NCBI GenBank assembly: GCA_003282445.1
Contig: QBZE01000003.1
Location: 11,455-75,454, forward strand
DNA: 64,000 nt
Source of the DNA: OCS155 cluster bacterium AG-333-G23
GTDB lineage: Bacteria; Actinomycetota; Acidimicrobiia; Actinomarinales; Actinomarinaceae
Direction: 5' to 3'
How positions within the stretch are numbered: position 1 is the stretch's first letter; each line of letters begins with the position of its first letter. This document shows positions 18,406-26,274 of the stretch, in pieces. The position numbers were made by a program, and so were the translations under genes. A model generated the notes under the pieces. That model was given only the letters and a program-made list of their open reading frames with translations, searched no databases and had not been told where the DNA came from.

Positions 18406-18821
18406 GGCCGGATCATAGAATTTAATTTACTCACTTCTATAACCCACAACTCTCTATCTTTGATTCCTGCCTCATCCCAAGAAACATCATCTTCTCTTGC
18501 ATATGGATGGCTGGTATATCTTTGAGATAGCTTATCTATATGTTGATTTGCACTCTCATCTTCAATAATCTCAATCACTTTTCCCCTGGCTTCCCAACTT
18601 GAATACATTGCAGATGGTTCAAAAATTACTAATGTAATTAAATTATTGTTTCTAATATTTGAAGTTTTTTTTCTTCCTTTTTCTGTATTGATAAGCAAAA
18701 AATCATCTTTATAATCTATCCACATTAAATGATTTTGAATTTCATTATTTTCTAAATATGTAGCGATTGAACAAAATGCATTATTTTCAATAGCCTTTTT
18801 TAATTCCAAAGTTAGTTGCAT
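18381..18821 (-). CDS. Pyridoxamine 5'-phosphate oxidase-fold (PPOX-class, possibly F420/FMN-dependent) protein
   Basis: The pattern FCSIAT...G.....MW.......L.INT..GR.K..NI..N....L....P.....S.....G resembles the split-barrel PPOX family. ATG at 18821 is preferred over the track's TTG at 18839. Confidence 0.6.
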   Translation of the reverse strand: MQLTLELKKAIENNAFCSIATYLENNEIQNHLMWIDYKDDFLLINTEKGRKKTSNIRNNNLITLVIFEPSAMYSSWEARGKVIEIIEDESANQHIDKLSQRYTSHPYAREDDVSWDEAGIKDRELWVIEVSKLNSMIRPQAKSDPE

Positions 18822-18851
18822 ATTATTAATTTTAAGCAAAAATAATTAAAT

Positions 18852-19424
18852 ATGGCTTTTATAAAAATCTTTAACTTTGAAGAGTCTTCTGGTCTCTTAA
18901 AAAAAGAATATGAAAAAGGAATGCGGAGAGCTGGAAGGATTTGGAAAATTCTAAGTATCCAATCTCAAACACCTCAAATACTTCAAGACTCAATGAGGTT
19001 GTACGGCTCAACTATGTTTGGTAATTCAAAATTGACTAGGTTTGACAGAGAGTTGCTAGCTGTAGTAACTTCTATTTCCAATGAATGTGAATACTGAATA
19101 ACTGCACACCTATATGATCTCCGGTCGGAGACAAAAGATCAAAAACTCATAGACGATGTAGCTAATGATTGGAAAAATAGTTCATTATCTGAAAAACATA
19201 TGGAGTTATGCAAGTTTGCAGAAAAATTAACAATGACACCAGGAAAAATGAATAAAAAAGATATCGAATCACTAAAAGCTTTTGATTTTACTGAATCAGA
19301 AATTTCAGAAATAGTCCAAGTTGTCTCTTATTTTAATTACATCAATAGAGTAGCTGATGGCCTAGGGCTAGAACCAGAAGAATTCATTGATAAATTAGGC
19401 TATAAAAAAAATATTGATGAATAA
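18852..19424 (+). CDS. AhpD/carboxymuconolactone-decarboxylase-family peroxidase-related protein with an in-frame TGA at 19095..19097. Either a candidate selenocysteine codon or a nonsense pseudogene.
   Basis: Track ORFs 18852..19097 and 19200..19424 share one frame, and codons 19098..19199 are open. The joined 190-aa product reads ...LLAVVTSISNECEY[TGA]ITAHLYDL...LSEKHMELCKFAEKLT...ISEIVQVVSYFNYINRVADGLG. The TGA falls at the second Cys of the family's C-x-Y-C-x-x-x-H motif. Confidence 0.65.
19115..19133 (+). promoter_or_regulatory. Candidate bacterial SECIS-like hairpin downstream of the in-frame TGA
   Basis: UG(A)UCUCC-GGUC-GGAGA-CA: 7 bp with a bulged A at 19117 and apical loop GGUC at 19123..19126, beginning 26 nt after the UGA. 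It is a local GC-rich patch in an AT-rich gene. Confidence 0.45.
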
Positions 19425-19448
19425 TTAAGAATCTCTAACATAGTTTTA

Positions 19449-20381
19449 GTGGAAAAAAGAAAAACATTATTACTTTTTAATATTTTAATATTTACATTTC
19501 TTTCTATATTTGTGCTGTCCGAAAAGCTAAATATCTCAGGAAATACAATAATCAATAATAATGAAGAGATTATTGCAGTAGATAACTCAGTGGATATTCC
19601 TGACAATGAAAAAGTAATTACCAACATTACAACAACAACTGTTCCATCTTTGCAAGACAGTTACGAAGAAGAAATGCAAACAAATATCAACTTTAAACTA
19701 CCTGATAGTGACGGTGTTGATATTTATACATCAAAGATCTCAATTTATTCAACTGAAGAACAAACGATTCTAAGTAAGATAATTCCCGGGATAAGCCTTG
19801 AACAAGGTTGTGTCATCGAAAATATTAATGAGACAGATAATCAATGGATTAATGTGCTTGAAGCTAATGTTTACAACGAAGAGAAGATTAATTTTTCTCT
19901 ATCAGTTGAATCAAGCTTACCAATCGATGCTTATTGTCTCTCAAACTTTATTACTTCAATATTAAATGATAAGCGTGGATGGACAACAATAGTTGGAAAA
20001 GAGTTTCAAGTTGTTAATTATTATGATGCCGACTTTCATATTTTCCTTGCTAACCCAAATACTGTTGATGAGATGTGTTTTCCTTTACAAACAAATGGTA
20101 TTTACTCATGTCGAAATGGAAATCAAATAATCTACAACTACTTTAGATGGCTTGCTGGTGCAAAAGATTTTGGACTTGATATAGCTACTTATAGACTTTA
20201 TCTCATTAATCATGAAGTAGGACATATGTTTGGCTGGGGACACACTGATTGTCCATCACAAAATGCTCTTGCGCCATTAATGATGCAACAGTCAAAAACT
20301 ACTGGTGGGTGTATACCAAATGGATGGCCGATATATGAAAGAATTACTTACTTATACGAATCTGTTGATAATTTTAAATAG
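19449..20381 (+). CDS. Secreted or membrane-anchored DUF3152-like zinc metalloprotease-motif protein
   Basis: N-terminal hydrophobic anchor. RGW...F.V and the YRLYLINHEVGHMFGWGHTDCP...APLMMQQS motif (HExxHxxGxxH) match the actinobacterial DUF3152 pattern as I remember it. Confidence 0.7.
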   Translation: MEKRKTLLLFNILIFTFLSIFVLSEKLNISGNTIINNNEEIIAVDNSVDIPDNEKVITNITTTTVPSLQDSYEEEMQTNINFKLPDSDGVDIYTSKISIYSTEEQTILSKIIPGISLEQGCVIENINETDNQWINVLEANVYNEEKINFSLSVESSLPIDAYCLSNFITSILNDKRGWTTIVGKEFQVVNYYDADFHIFLANPNTVDEMCFPLQTNGIYSCRNGNQIIYNYFRWLAGAKDFGLDIATYRLYLINHEVGHMFGWGHTDCPSQNALAPLMMQQSKTTGGCIPNGWPIYERITYLYESVDNFK

Positions 20382-20387
20382 GTATTT

Positions 20388-20936
20388 TTAACTATTTGCT
20401 TCAAAAACGTCTTGATCTTCTTGAGTATTGTTAATCAATGAAACAGTGTTTGTAGTATTTATAGATTTTGTATTTGGTTCTATTCCACGACTATTACTCC
20501 AACACATCCATGAAGTTACAAATAAAACCGCAATAAATGCAACACTAACTGAGTGAACTGGGACACTTGCCTCAACACCTCCAAGAAAATTGCTTAAAGC
20601 AAATCCTAGAAACATTATTGAGTAGAATCTCATAATTACTTTTTGAGCATAAATTTCATCAATATATCTAGCCCAGCTTGCCAATAGTGAAAGAGAGACA
20701 CATACTATTGCAACTACTCTTGTTGAATTAATCCAAGAACCATCAGCTTGAGATAGATAATTAACATTAAAAACATTTGCTATTGTATTAGGAGCTAAAA
20801 CCAAAATTATGGCTGTCAACCCACTAAAGATAGCTATAACGTTATTTATAGTCTTATAATCACTAATTTTGTTATTTAACATATGTACATTATGGAATAG
20901 AAGTTGAATATAAACAAGAGTTTTTTTACGATTCAA
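20388..20936 (-). CDS. Hypothetical integral membrane protein (about 4 TM)
   Basis: Hydrophobic segments AIFSGLTAIILVLA, VVAIVCVSLSLLASW, IMFLGFALSNFLGG and VAFIAVLFVTSWMCW. The start codon is uncertain. Confidence 0.5.
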   Translation of the reverse strand: MNRKKTLVYIQLLFHNVHMLNNKISDYKTINNVIAIFSGLTAIILVLAPNTIANVFNVNYLSQADGSWINSTRVVAIVCVSLSLLASWARYIDEIYAQKVIMRFYSIMFLGFALSNFLGGVEASVPVHSVSVAFIAVLFVTSWMCWSNSRGIEPNTKSINTTNTVSLINNTQEDQDVFEANS

Positions 20937-21011
20937 AAATTATATATTTGGTGCCAGCAAACAACTAAATCGTATATTAATTATGGTGCTTTCATTGAAG
21001 TAAGACAACAG

Positions 21012-21950
21012 TTATTTTAAATTTTTATTTACTACTGAACTCAAATCTTCATTCAAAATATTTTTAATATTCTCCACAAGTTGTTGGCCAGCTCTAGCTT
21101 GAGCTTCTTTAGTCGATGCTCCCAGGTGAGGAAGGGTAATTACTTTACTTCTGTTTTTCTCTTCATTCATTTCGGGAGGTTCTTTTTCATATACATCAAA
21201 ACCTGCAGAATATAATTTATTTTCATTTACTAAATTAAATACCTCATCTTCATCAATTAATCCCCCTCTAGATGCATTAATAATTATTGAACCTTCTTTA
21301 GCAATGGATAATTTTTCTTTAGAAACTAGATTTATTGTTTCCTTATTCTTAGGAACATGAATTGAAATAAAATCTGAAGTTTTTAATAATTCTTCAAGCT
21401 CTACTTTTTCTTCATTTTCAGTTGAACTGTCTATAAATGGATCATAAAAAACTATTTTCATATCAAAGCTTTGCATTCTTTTTGAAACTAGTTTTGCAAC
21501 TTTTCCAAAACCAATCAGTCCTAATTGCTTATTAAATAATTCAACCCCTATAAATTCGGATCTTTCCCATTCATTCTTTTTTACTGAATTATTAGCAACA
21601 GTTATATTTCTTGCAGCAGATATTAGTAAACCAATTGTGAGTTCAGCAGCCGAAATAACATTTGCCTCAGGAGTATTCGTTACATAAATATTTCTTATTG
21701 AAGCTTCCTCGATATCAATATTGTCTATTCCTACTCCGCTACGACCTATAATTTTTAATTTCTTGCTTACATCTAATAATTCTTTATTAATTTGGGTATC
21801 ACTTCTGACTAGAACAATTTCTGCATCAATAATATTTTCTTTAATTTTTTTACTTTTATCTTTGTCCTGAGAGACATCAATACATGTACCTAAGTTTTGT
21901 AATTCTTCAATCGTAAATTTATCTAATTTGTCACAAATAAGTATTTTCAT
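21012..21950 (-). CDS. D-isomer-specific 2-hydroxyacid dehydrogenase (short D-3-phosphoglycerate dehydrogenase-like)
   Basis: GRSGVGIDNIDIEEA, NAD-binding GLIGFGKVAKLV, and the catalytic-region motifs IINASRGGLIDE and HLGAST. No ACT domain (312 aa). Confidence 0.8.
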   Translation of the reverse strand: MKILICDKLDKFTIEELQNLGTCIDVSQDKDKSKKIKENIIDAEIVLVRSDTQINKELLDVSKKLKIIGRSGVGIDNIDIEEASIRNIYVTNTPEANVISAAELTIGLLISAARNITVANNSVKKNEWERSEFIGVELFNKQLGLIGFGKVAKLVSKRMQSFDMKIVFYDPFIDSSTENEEKVELEELLKTSDFISIHVPKNKETINLVSKEKLSIAKEGSIIINASRGGLIDEDEVFNLVNENKLYSAGFDVYEKEPPEMNEEKNRSKVITLPHLGASTKEAQARAGQQLVENIKNILNEDLSSVVNKNLK

Positions 21951-22007
21951 TATTCAACTCTTAATCTATCTTATGCTAACCAATGTATTTTGTTTGATAT
22001 TTTGATA

Positions 22008-22259
22008 TTAACTTTGATAACTATTAATTTTTTCTAATAGCTCAACATCAGTAGGCTCTACCAAATAACTACCATCATCAAATACAATTGTTGGTATCCT
22101 AGGTTTCCTATTTTGTAATTCACTAACTTTTTTATATGCCTCTTTATCAAAATCAATATCAATTTCTTCATAGGTGATACCCAATTTTTCTAGTAGTTTC
22201 TTAGACCTAACACAATCCCCACACCATTCAGTACTATAAAACTTAATATTATTCATCAT
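22008..22259 (-). CDS. Glutaredoxin-like / NrdH-like small redoxin (CGDC active site)
   Basis: 83 aa. FYSTEWCGDCVRSKKLLEKLGI..EEIDID and P.I.F.DGS have a glutaredoxin-fold layout. Confidence 0.75.
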   Translation of the reverse strand: MMNNIKFYSTEWCGDCVRSKKLLEKLGITYEEIDIDFDKEAYKKVSELQNRKPRIPTIVFDDGSYLVEPTDVELLEKINSYQS

Positions 22260-22519
22260 TATCCTTCTGAGCCTAAAGGGTCTGTTAACAAAGAAATAAT
22301 TTCTGATAATCTATTGAGGCTTTCAAAAAGGGGTTCCAATTGATTAAAGTTATCAATAATTTTTTCAATTTTTGGCATATACGTTCTTATTTCATCAATC
22401 AATACAAGTGCATTTTCAATCTCTGTTGATAATTTATTTAATTCATTTATAAAGTAGAAACCAACAATCAGAAATATGAGAAGTATTACTATTTGTAGAA
22501 CTAATATAGCTTTTTGCAT
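22259..22519 (-). CDS. Small membrane-anchored coiled-coil protein (DUF948-like?)
   Basis: 86 aa with an N-terminal TM (ILVLQIVILLIFLIVGFYFI) followed by a heptad-like helical region. TAATG 1-nt overlap with the downstream redoxin, and a 2-nt gap to trxA. Confidence 0.5.
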   Translation of the reverse strand: MQKAILVLQIVILLIFLIVGFYFINELNKLSTEIENALVLIDEIRTYMPKIEKIIDNFNQLEPLFESLNRLSEIISLLTDPLGSEG

Positions 22520-22521
22520 AA

Positions 22522-22833
22522 TTAGCTAATAGCTAAAATTTTCTCTTTTATAACTTCTTTTGGCTGAACGCCAACAAATCTTTCTTTAATTTCTCCATCT
22601 TTAAGTATGACAACTGTTGGAACGCCCATTACTTGGTTTGCACCAGAAATTTCAGGAAATTGGTCCACATCTAATTTTACAAATTCTACATCATTCATTT
22701 CACCTTGAAGCTCTTCAAGAATTGGGCTTAATATTTTACAAGGTCCACACCAAGTTGCATGAAAGTCTATAACTACTGTATTTTTAGAATCTTTAATTTG
22801 TTCATATTCTTCAGCATTAATATCTTTTACCAT
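22522..22833 (-). CDS. trxA: Thioredoxin
   Basis: VVIDFHATWCGPCK active site and GVPTVV cis-Pro loop. AAGGAG RBS upstream. Confidence 0.93.
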   Translation of the reverse strand: MVKDINAEEYEQIKDSKNTVVIDFHATWCGPCKILSPILEELQGEMNDVEFVKLDVDQFPEISGANQVMGVPTVVILKDGEIKERFVGVQPKEVIKEKILAIS

Positions 22834-22904
22834 TTTTATTTACTCCTTGAGTTAATAAATTGAGTATATAAATAAACCGTTTATATAAGAGATTGATAAA
22901 TAAA

Positions 22905-23339
22905 TTATTTATAATCTCTAATCTCTTTAGAAACCCTTTTCTCCTCTATCTTCTTTCTTTTATCGTAGTCTTTTTTCCCTTTTGCTAAAGCAACTTCTAC
23001 TTTAATAAATCCATTTTTTTCAAATACTTTTGTTGCTATTAAAGTATTTCCCTTTGTTGAGGTCAGTCCTATTAATCTTTTAATTTCTTTTTTGTGTAAC
23101 AACATCTTTCTTGGAGTCTTTGGGTCATAATCAACTAAATCTGCATATTTATATGGTTCAATATTCATTTCTCTAAGAATTGCTTCTTCATTCTCAATGA
23201 TTGCAAAAGCATCAATGATTGAAACTCCGCCATTACGTATACTTTTTGTTTCTGGGCCAGTTAAAACAATCCCAGCTTCAAAGTATTCTAGAAACTCATA
23301 AGAGTTTTTAGCTTTTGAATTTTGAGCAAAAACTTTCAT
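22905..23339 (-). CDS. smpB: SsrA-binding protein
   Basis: N.KA...YE....FEAGIVL.G.E.KS(I/L)R.G..S(I/L).D(A/S)(F/Y) is the conserved SmpB N-terminus, with a basic C-terminal tail. Confidence 0.93.
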   Translation of the reverse strand: MKVFAQNSKAKNSYEFLEYFEAGIVLTGPETKSIRNGGVSIIDAFAIIENEEAILREMNIEPYKYADLVDYDPKTPRKMLLHKKEIKRLIGLTSTKGNTLIATKVFEKNGFIKVEVALAKGKKDYDKRKKIEEKRVSKEIRDYK

Positions 23340-23342
23340 AAT

Positions 23343-24719
23343 TTAACCATCAAGAAAACAGTATGGGTTCATCCTACCTCTTGATGTAGGGTCGAGATAT
23401 GGACGACTACAGTTTACGGAACTAGGATTTTTTAATCTTACTTCGAAATGGAGATGTGGTCCTGTGGTCCTACCAGTAGTTCCTACACTTCCAATAACGT
23501 CTCCTGTAACTACTGTCTGACCAACAGAAACGTAGATTCTATTCATATGAAAATAGAGTGTTGTCATTCCTCCTCCATGATCAATAAAGACAGTTCTACC
23601 AGCTGCTCCATAATATCTAGCTACGATTACCACTCCTCCTGCAGCAGCTTTAATTGGAGTTCCAGTACTAGATGGAATATCTATTGCTCCATGAAAACTT
23701 GTTGTACCTCCAAGCCTCCTCCATTTATATCCACTAGAAACATAGCTACCTGTTATAGGCCACGACAGCTTGCCAGGTGCAACACCCCCAACAGACATTA
23801 ATCTATCAATATCAGCCTGGATTGCATCTTCTAATTTCTCTAAATCGGCATGCTCTTTATCTAACTTTTCTAATTGTTGGTTAGCTTGATTCAATAATTT
23901 CTGAGCTTTTTGTCTCTCTGATAATACTCTTGCTTTTTTATTTTCAACTTGTTGTTTCTCAGATTCAACTATATTTTTTTTCCTTTCAACATCATCAGCA
24001 AATTCTTCTGCTTCAATAGAAATTTGATTTTTCTTTTCTTCCTCTTCTTGTAAGTTAGTAATAGATGTCTCTCGCTCTTCTTCACGTATTGTTAAAAATT
24101 CTGTCTGTGTCTCAGCAAGCCTCTCAAAAGCATTTAATTGTTCAACAATTTCATAAGCGGAGTCAACAATTGATGAGGCATACCCAAGCGCTGCCAAAAA
24201 GTCTGATAACTCATTTAAGTCTATAAATAATGCTGTTGAGGGACTCATCACTCCATTAATATAAAGCTCTACAGCTTGTTCTTGTAGATCTTCTTTCGCT
24301 AAATTTAAATTTTTCTGTGTTTCAAACAACTCATCTTTAACATCTGTAATTTCATTTTTTATTTTTCCTAATTTTGTTTGTTCTTGAATAATATTTTGTT
24401 GAACTGCTGCTAAATTTTCTAGAGACTGATCATATCCCGCTAGAGCTTCTTCTAAGGCTTCTTCTGCCTTAACTAACCTTGCTTGAACTTGAGCTAGTTC
24501 ACTATTTACCTGTTTAAGAGCACTGTCATTAGATAAAATAGCTTTTTCTAAATTAGTTTTTTCTCCTTCATATTGATTTATTTGATTTGCAACAGCTTGC
24601 AATTGTTTTTCGACTTCTATTAATCTTTGCTCTGCTGTGTTGGCCTTTAAATCATCAACTATTACTAATTGACTTAGTATTGAAAAAAAAAGTATGAGAA
24701 TAATAATTCTTTTACTCAT
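23343..24719 (-). CDS. Coiled-coil M23 (LytM) peptidoglycan endopeptidase, putative FtsEX partner
   Basis: Signal/TM, then ~300 aa of heptad-rich Q/E/K/L sequence, then a C-terminal M23 domain. The metal ligands are intact: FHGAIDI (HxxxD) and GPHLHFEV (HxH). The start overlaps the ftsX stop. Confidence 0.85.
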   Translation of the reverse strand: MSKRIIILILFFSILSQLVIVDDLKANTAEQRLIEVEKQLQAVANQINQYEGEKTNLEKAILSNDSALKQVNSELAQVQARLVKAEEALEEALAGYDQSLENLAAVQQNIIQEQTKLGKIKNEITDVKDELFETQKNLNLAKEDLQEQAVELYINGVMSPSTALFIDLNELSDFLAALGYASSIVDSAYEIVEQLNAFERLAETQTEFLTIREEERETSITNLQEEEEKKNQISIEAEEFADDVERKKNIVESEKQQVENKKARVLSERQKAQKLLNQANQQLEKLDKEHADLEKLEDAIQADIDRLMSVGGVAPGKLSWPITGSYVSSGYKWRRLGGTTSFHGAIDIPSSTGTPIKAAAGGVVIVARYYGAAGRTVFIDHGGGMTTLYFHMNRIYVSVGQTVVTGDVIGSVGTTGRTTGPHLHFEVRLKNPSSVNCSRPYLDPTSRGRMNPYCFLDG

Positions 24720-25587
24720 TTAAAGCTTTCCTAATTCCGATAAAACTAGCCACCAAGCCAAATAAAACTGAAGCCAAAATGAGACCTAAGGTCAAATTTA
24801 TTAAATAAGCATCAGATATAGTTATATCAAAAATACTCTCAGCAATTACTGAGCCTTTGGAATATTGGATAACAGCCCAGCCGAAGCCAATAGCTATTGA
24901 GGTGCCTACTAATGATTCAAATATAGCTTCAAAAATAAATGGAAGCCTTATATATGTTGAAGAAGCTCCTAAAGTTTTCATTATCTTTATTTCTTTTCTC
25001 TTTGCATAAGCTGTAAGCCTTAATGTATTTATTATCAAAATAAAAGCTGCAAATGCAATTAAAATCGCAAAAACTGAGGCTGAAATCACTAACGTATTAG
25101 TCAAGCTTAAAAGTCTATCAATAGCTTCACCTGAGGCTCTTATTTCTTTAACAGCTGGATTACCTTGCATTCTTTCAATGATTAATTCATAATCAGACGG
25201 ATCATTTAAATTAACTCTTAATGATGATGGTAAAATTTCAAAATCAACTTCTTGAACTAACTCTGGCTGATCTTTAAACAAAAATTTAAACTCTTCTGTT
25301 GCTTCGGCCTTGCTAAAATAATCTACCATCCTAACTTCTGGATATGATTCTAAAGATTCTTGTAGCTGCCTGTGTGCAGTCGTAGTAACTCTATCATCAA
25401 GAAAAATTACAACATGTACCCCATTCTGCCATCTTGAAGTATTATTTTCTACTACAGCTCTACCTGATAGTGTTGTAAAAACTAAAAAACTGGACACCAA
25501 TACAGCAAGCATTGTGGCAATTACCAAAAGAGGATTTCTTCTCATATTGATAAAAGTATTTTTTAATACATAAGAAAGTTTATTCAT
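24712..25587 (-). CDS. ftsX: Cell division ABC transporter permease-like protein FtsX
   Basis: Four-TM topology with a large first extracellular loop. Sits directly downstream of ftsE. Confidence 0.88.
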   Translation of the reverse strand: MNKLSYVLKNTFINMRRNPLLVIATMLAVLVSSFLVFTTLSGRAVVENNTSRWQNGVHVVIFLDDRVTTTAHRQLQESLESYPEVRMVDYFSKAEATEEFKFLFKDQPELVQEVDFEILPSSLRVNLNDPSDYELIIERMQGNPAVKEIRASGEAIDRLLSLTNTLVISASVFAILIAFAAFILIINTLRLTAYAKRKEIKIMKTLGASSTYIRLPFIFEAIFESLVGTSIAIGFGWAVIQYSKGSVIAESIFDITISDAYLINLTLGLILASVLFGLVASFIGIRKALNE

Positions 25588-25596
25588 GAAGACATC

Positions 25597-26274
25597 CTAA
25601 ATATACCTACCTTCGGCTGCATCACTTACAAGTTTTCCATCTTTAAGTTGAAGAACTCTCTTCTTCCTTCTGTTTACAATTGATGAATCGTGTGTAGCCA
25701 TTAATACTGTTGTTCCTGCCCTATTAATTTTTTCAAGTAGAGTAACAATCTGAATACTTAAGTTTGGATCTAAATTTCCAGTGGGTTCATCACACAACAA
25801 TAGTAAAGGGTTGCTGGCTAGTGCTCTGGCTATGCTTACCCTCGTTTGTTCTCCCCCAGATAACTGATGAGGAAACTTAAAGATACTTTCTTCAAGTTCT
25901 ACTAGTTCTATTAAAGTGTTTGTTTTTTCTTCTATATCTTTAGATTCATATCCCAGTATCTCTAATGCAAAAGTTATATTTTCAAAAGTTGTTCTATCTT
26001 CTAATAATTGGGGTTCTTGAGTTACTATTCCAAGCTTCCTTCTCAGAATTGGTATTTTCCATTTAGGTAGAGAGGTAACATCCATGTCAACAACTTCTAA
26101 ACTACCTTTTGTTGCAAAATGTTCTTTATATAGCAACTTAAGAAAAGATGATTTTCCACTTCCTGATGGTCCAATTAAATAGACAAATTCTCCCTCGGAT
26201 ATTGAAGTAGACACATTTGACAATGCAACACTTCCACCTTGGAAAACCAATGAAACATTTTCTAATTTAATCAT
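25597..26274 (-). CDS. ftsE: Cell division ATP-binding protein FtsE
   Basis: Walker A GPSGSGKSS, signature LSGGEQTRV, Walker B LLLCDEPTGNLD. 225 aa. Confidence 0.93.
   Translation of the reverse strand: MIKLENVSLVFQGGSVALSNVSTSISEGEFVYLIGPSGSGKSSFLKLLYKEHFATKGSLEVVDMDVTSLPKWKIPILRRKLGIVTQEPQLLEDRTTFENITFALEILGYESKDIEEKTNTLIELVELEESIFKFPHQLSGGEQTRVSIARALASNPLLLLCDEPTGNLDPNLSIQIVTLLEKINRAGTTVLMATHDSSIVNRRKKRVLQLKDGKLVSDAAEGRYI

Noticed and set aside
19095-19097. Alternative genetic code (TGA as Trp or Gly) as the explanation for the in-frame TGA
   Set aside because: TGA terminates full-length conserved genes in this window (glmU at 7618..7620, rsmA at 9925..9927, E2 at 56668..56670). prfB retains the UGA-dependent frameshift site. 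The standard code therefore applies.
22865-22887. Inverted repeat TATATAAA-N7-TTTATATA between smpB and trxA, as a terminator or operator
   Set aside because: The stem is AT only and would be thermodynamically weak. Such palindromes are expected by chance at this base composition. No U-tract context is convincing.
16177-22904. tmRNA-targeted integrative genomic island
   Set aside because: I looked on both sides of ssrA for an integrase, excisionase or phage genes, and for a direct repeat of the ssrA 3' end (GGTTCGACTCCCCGCACCTCCACCA). I found none. The block between smpB and ssrA also lies on the 5' side of ssrA, not the usual 3' attB side. It is kept only as a synteny-break observation.
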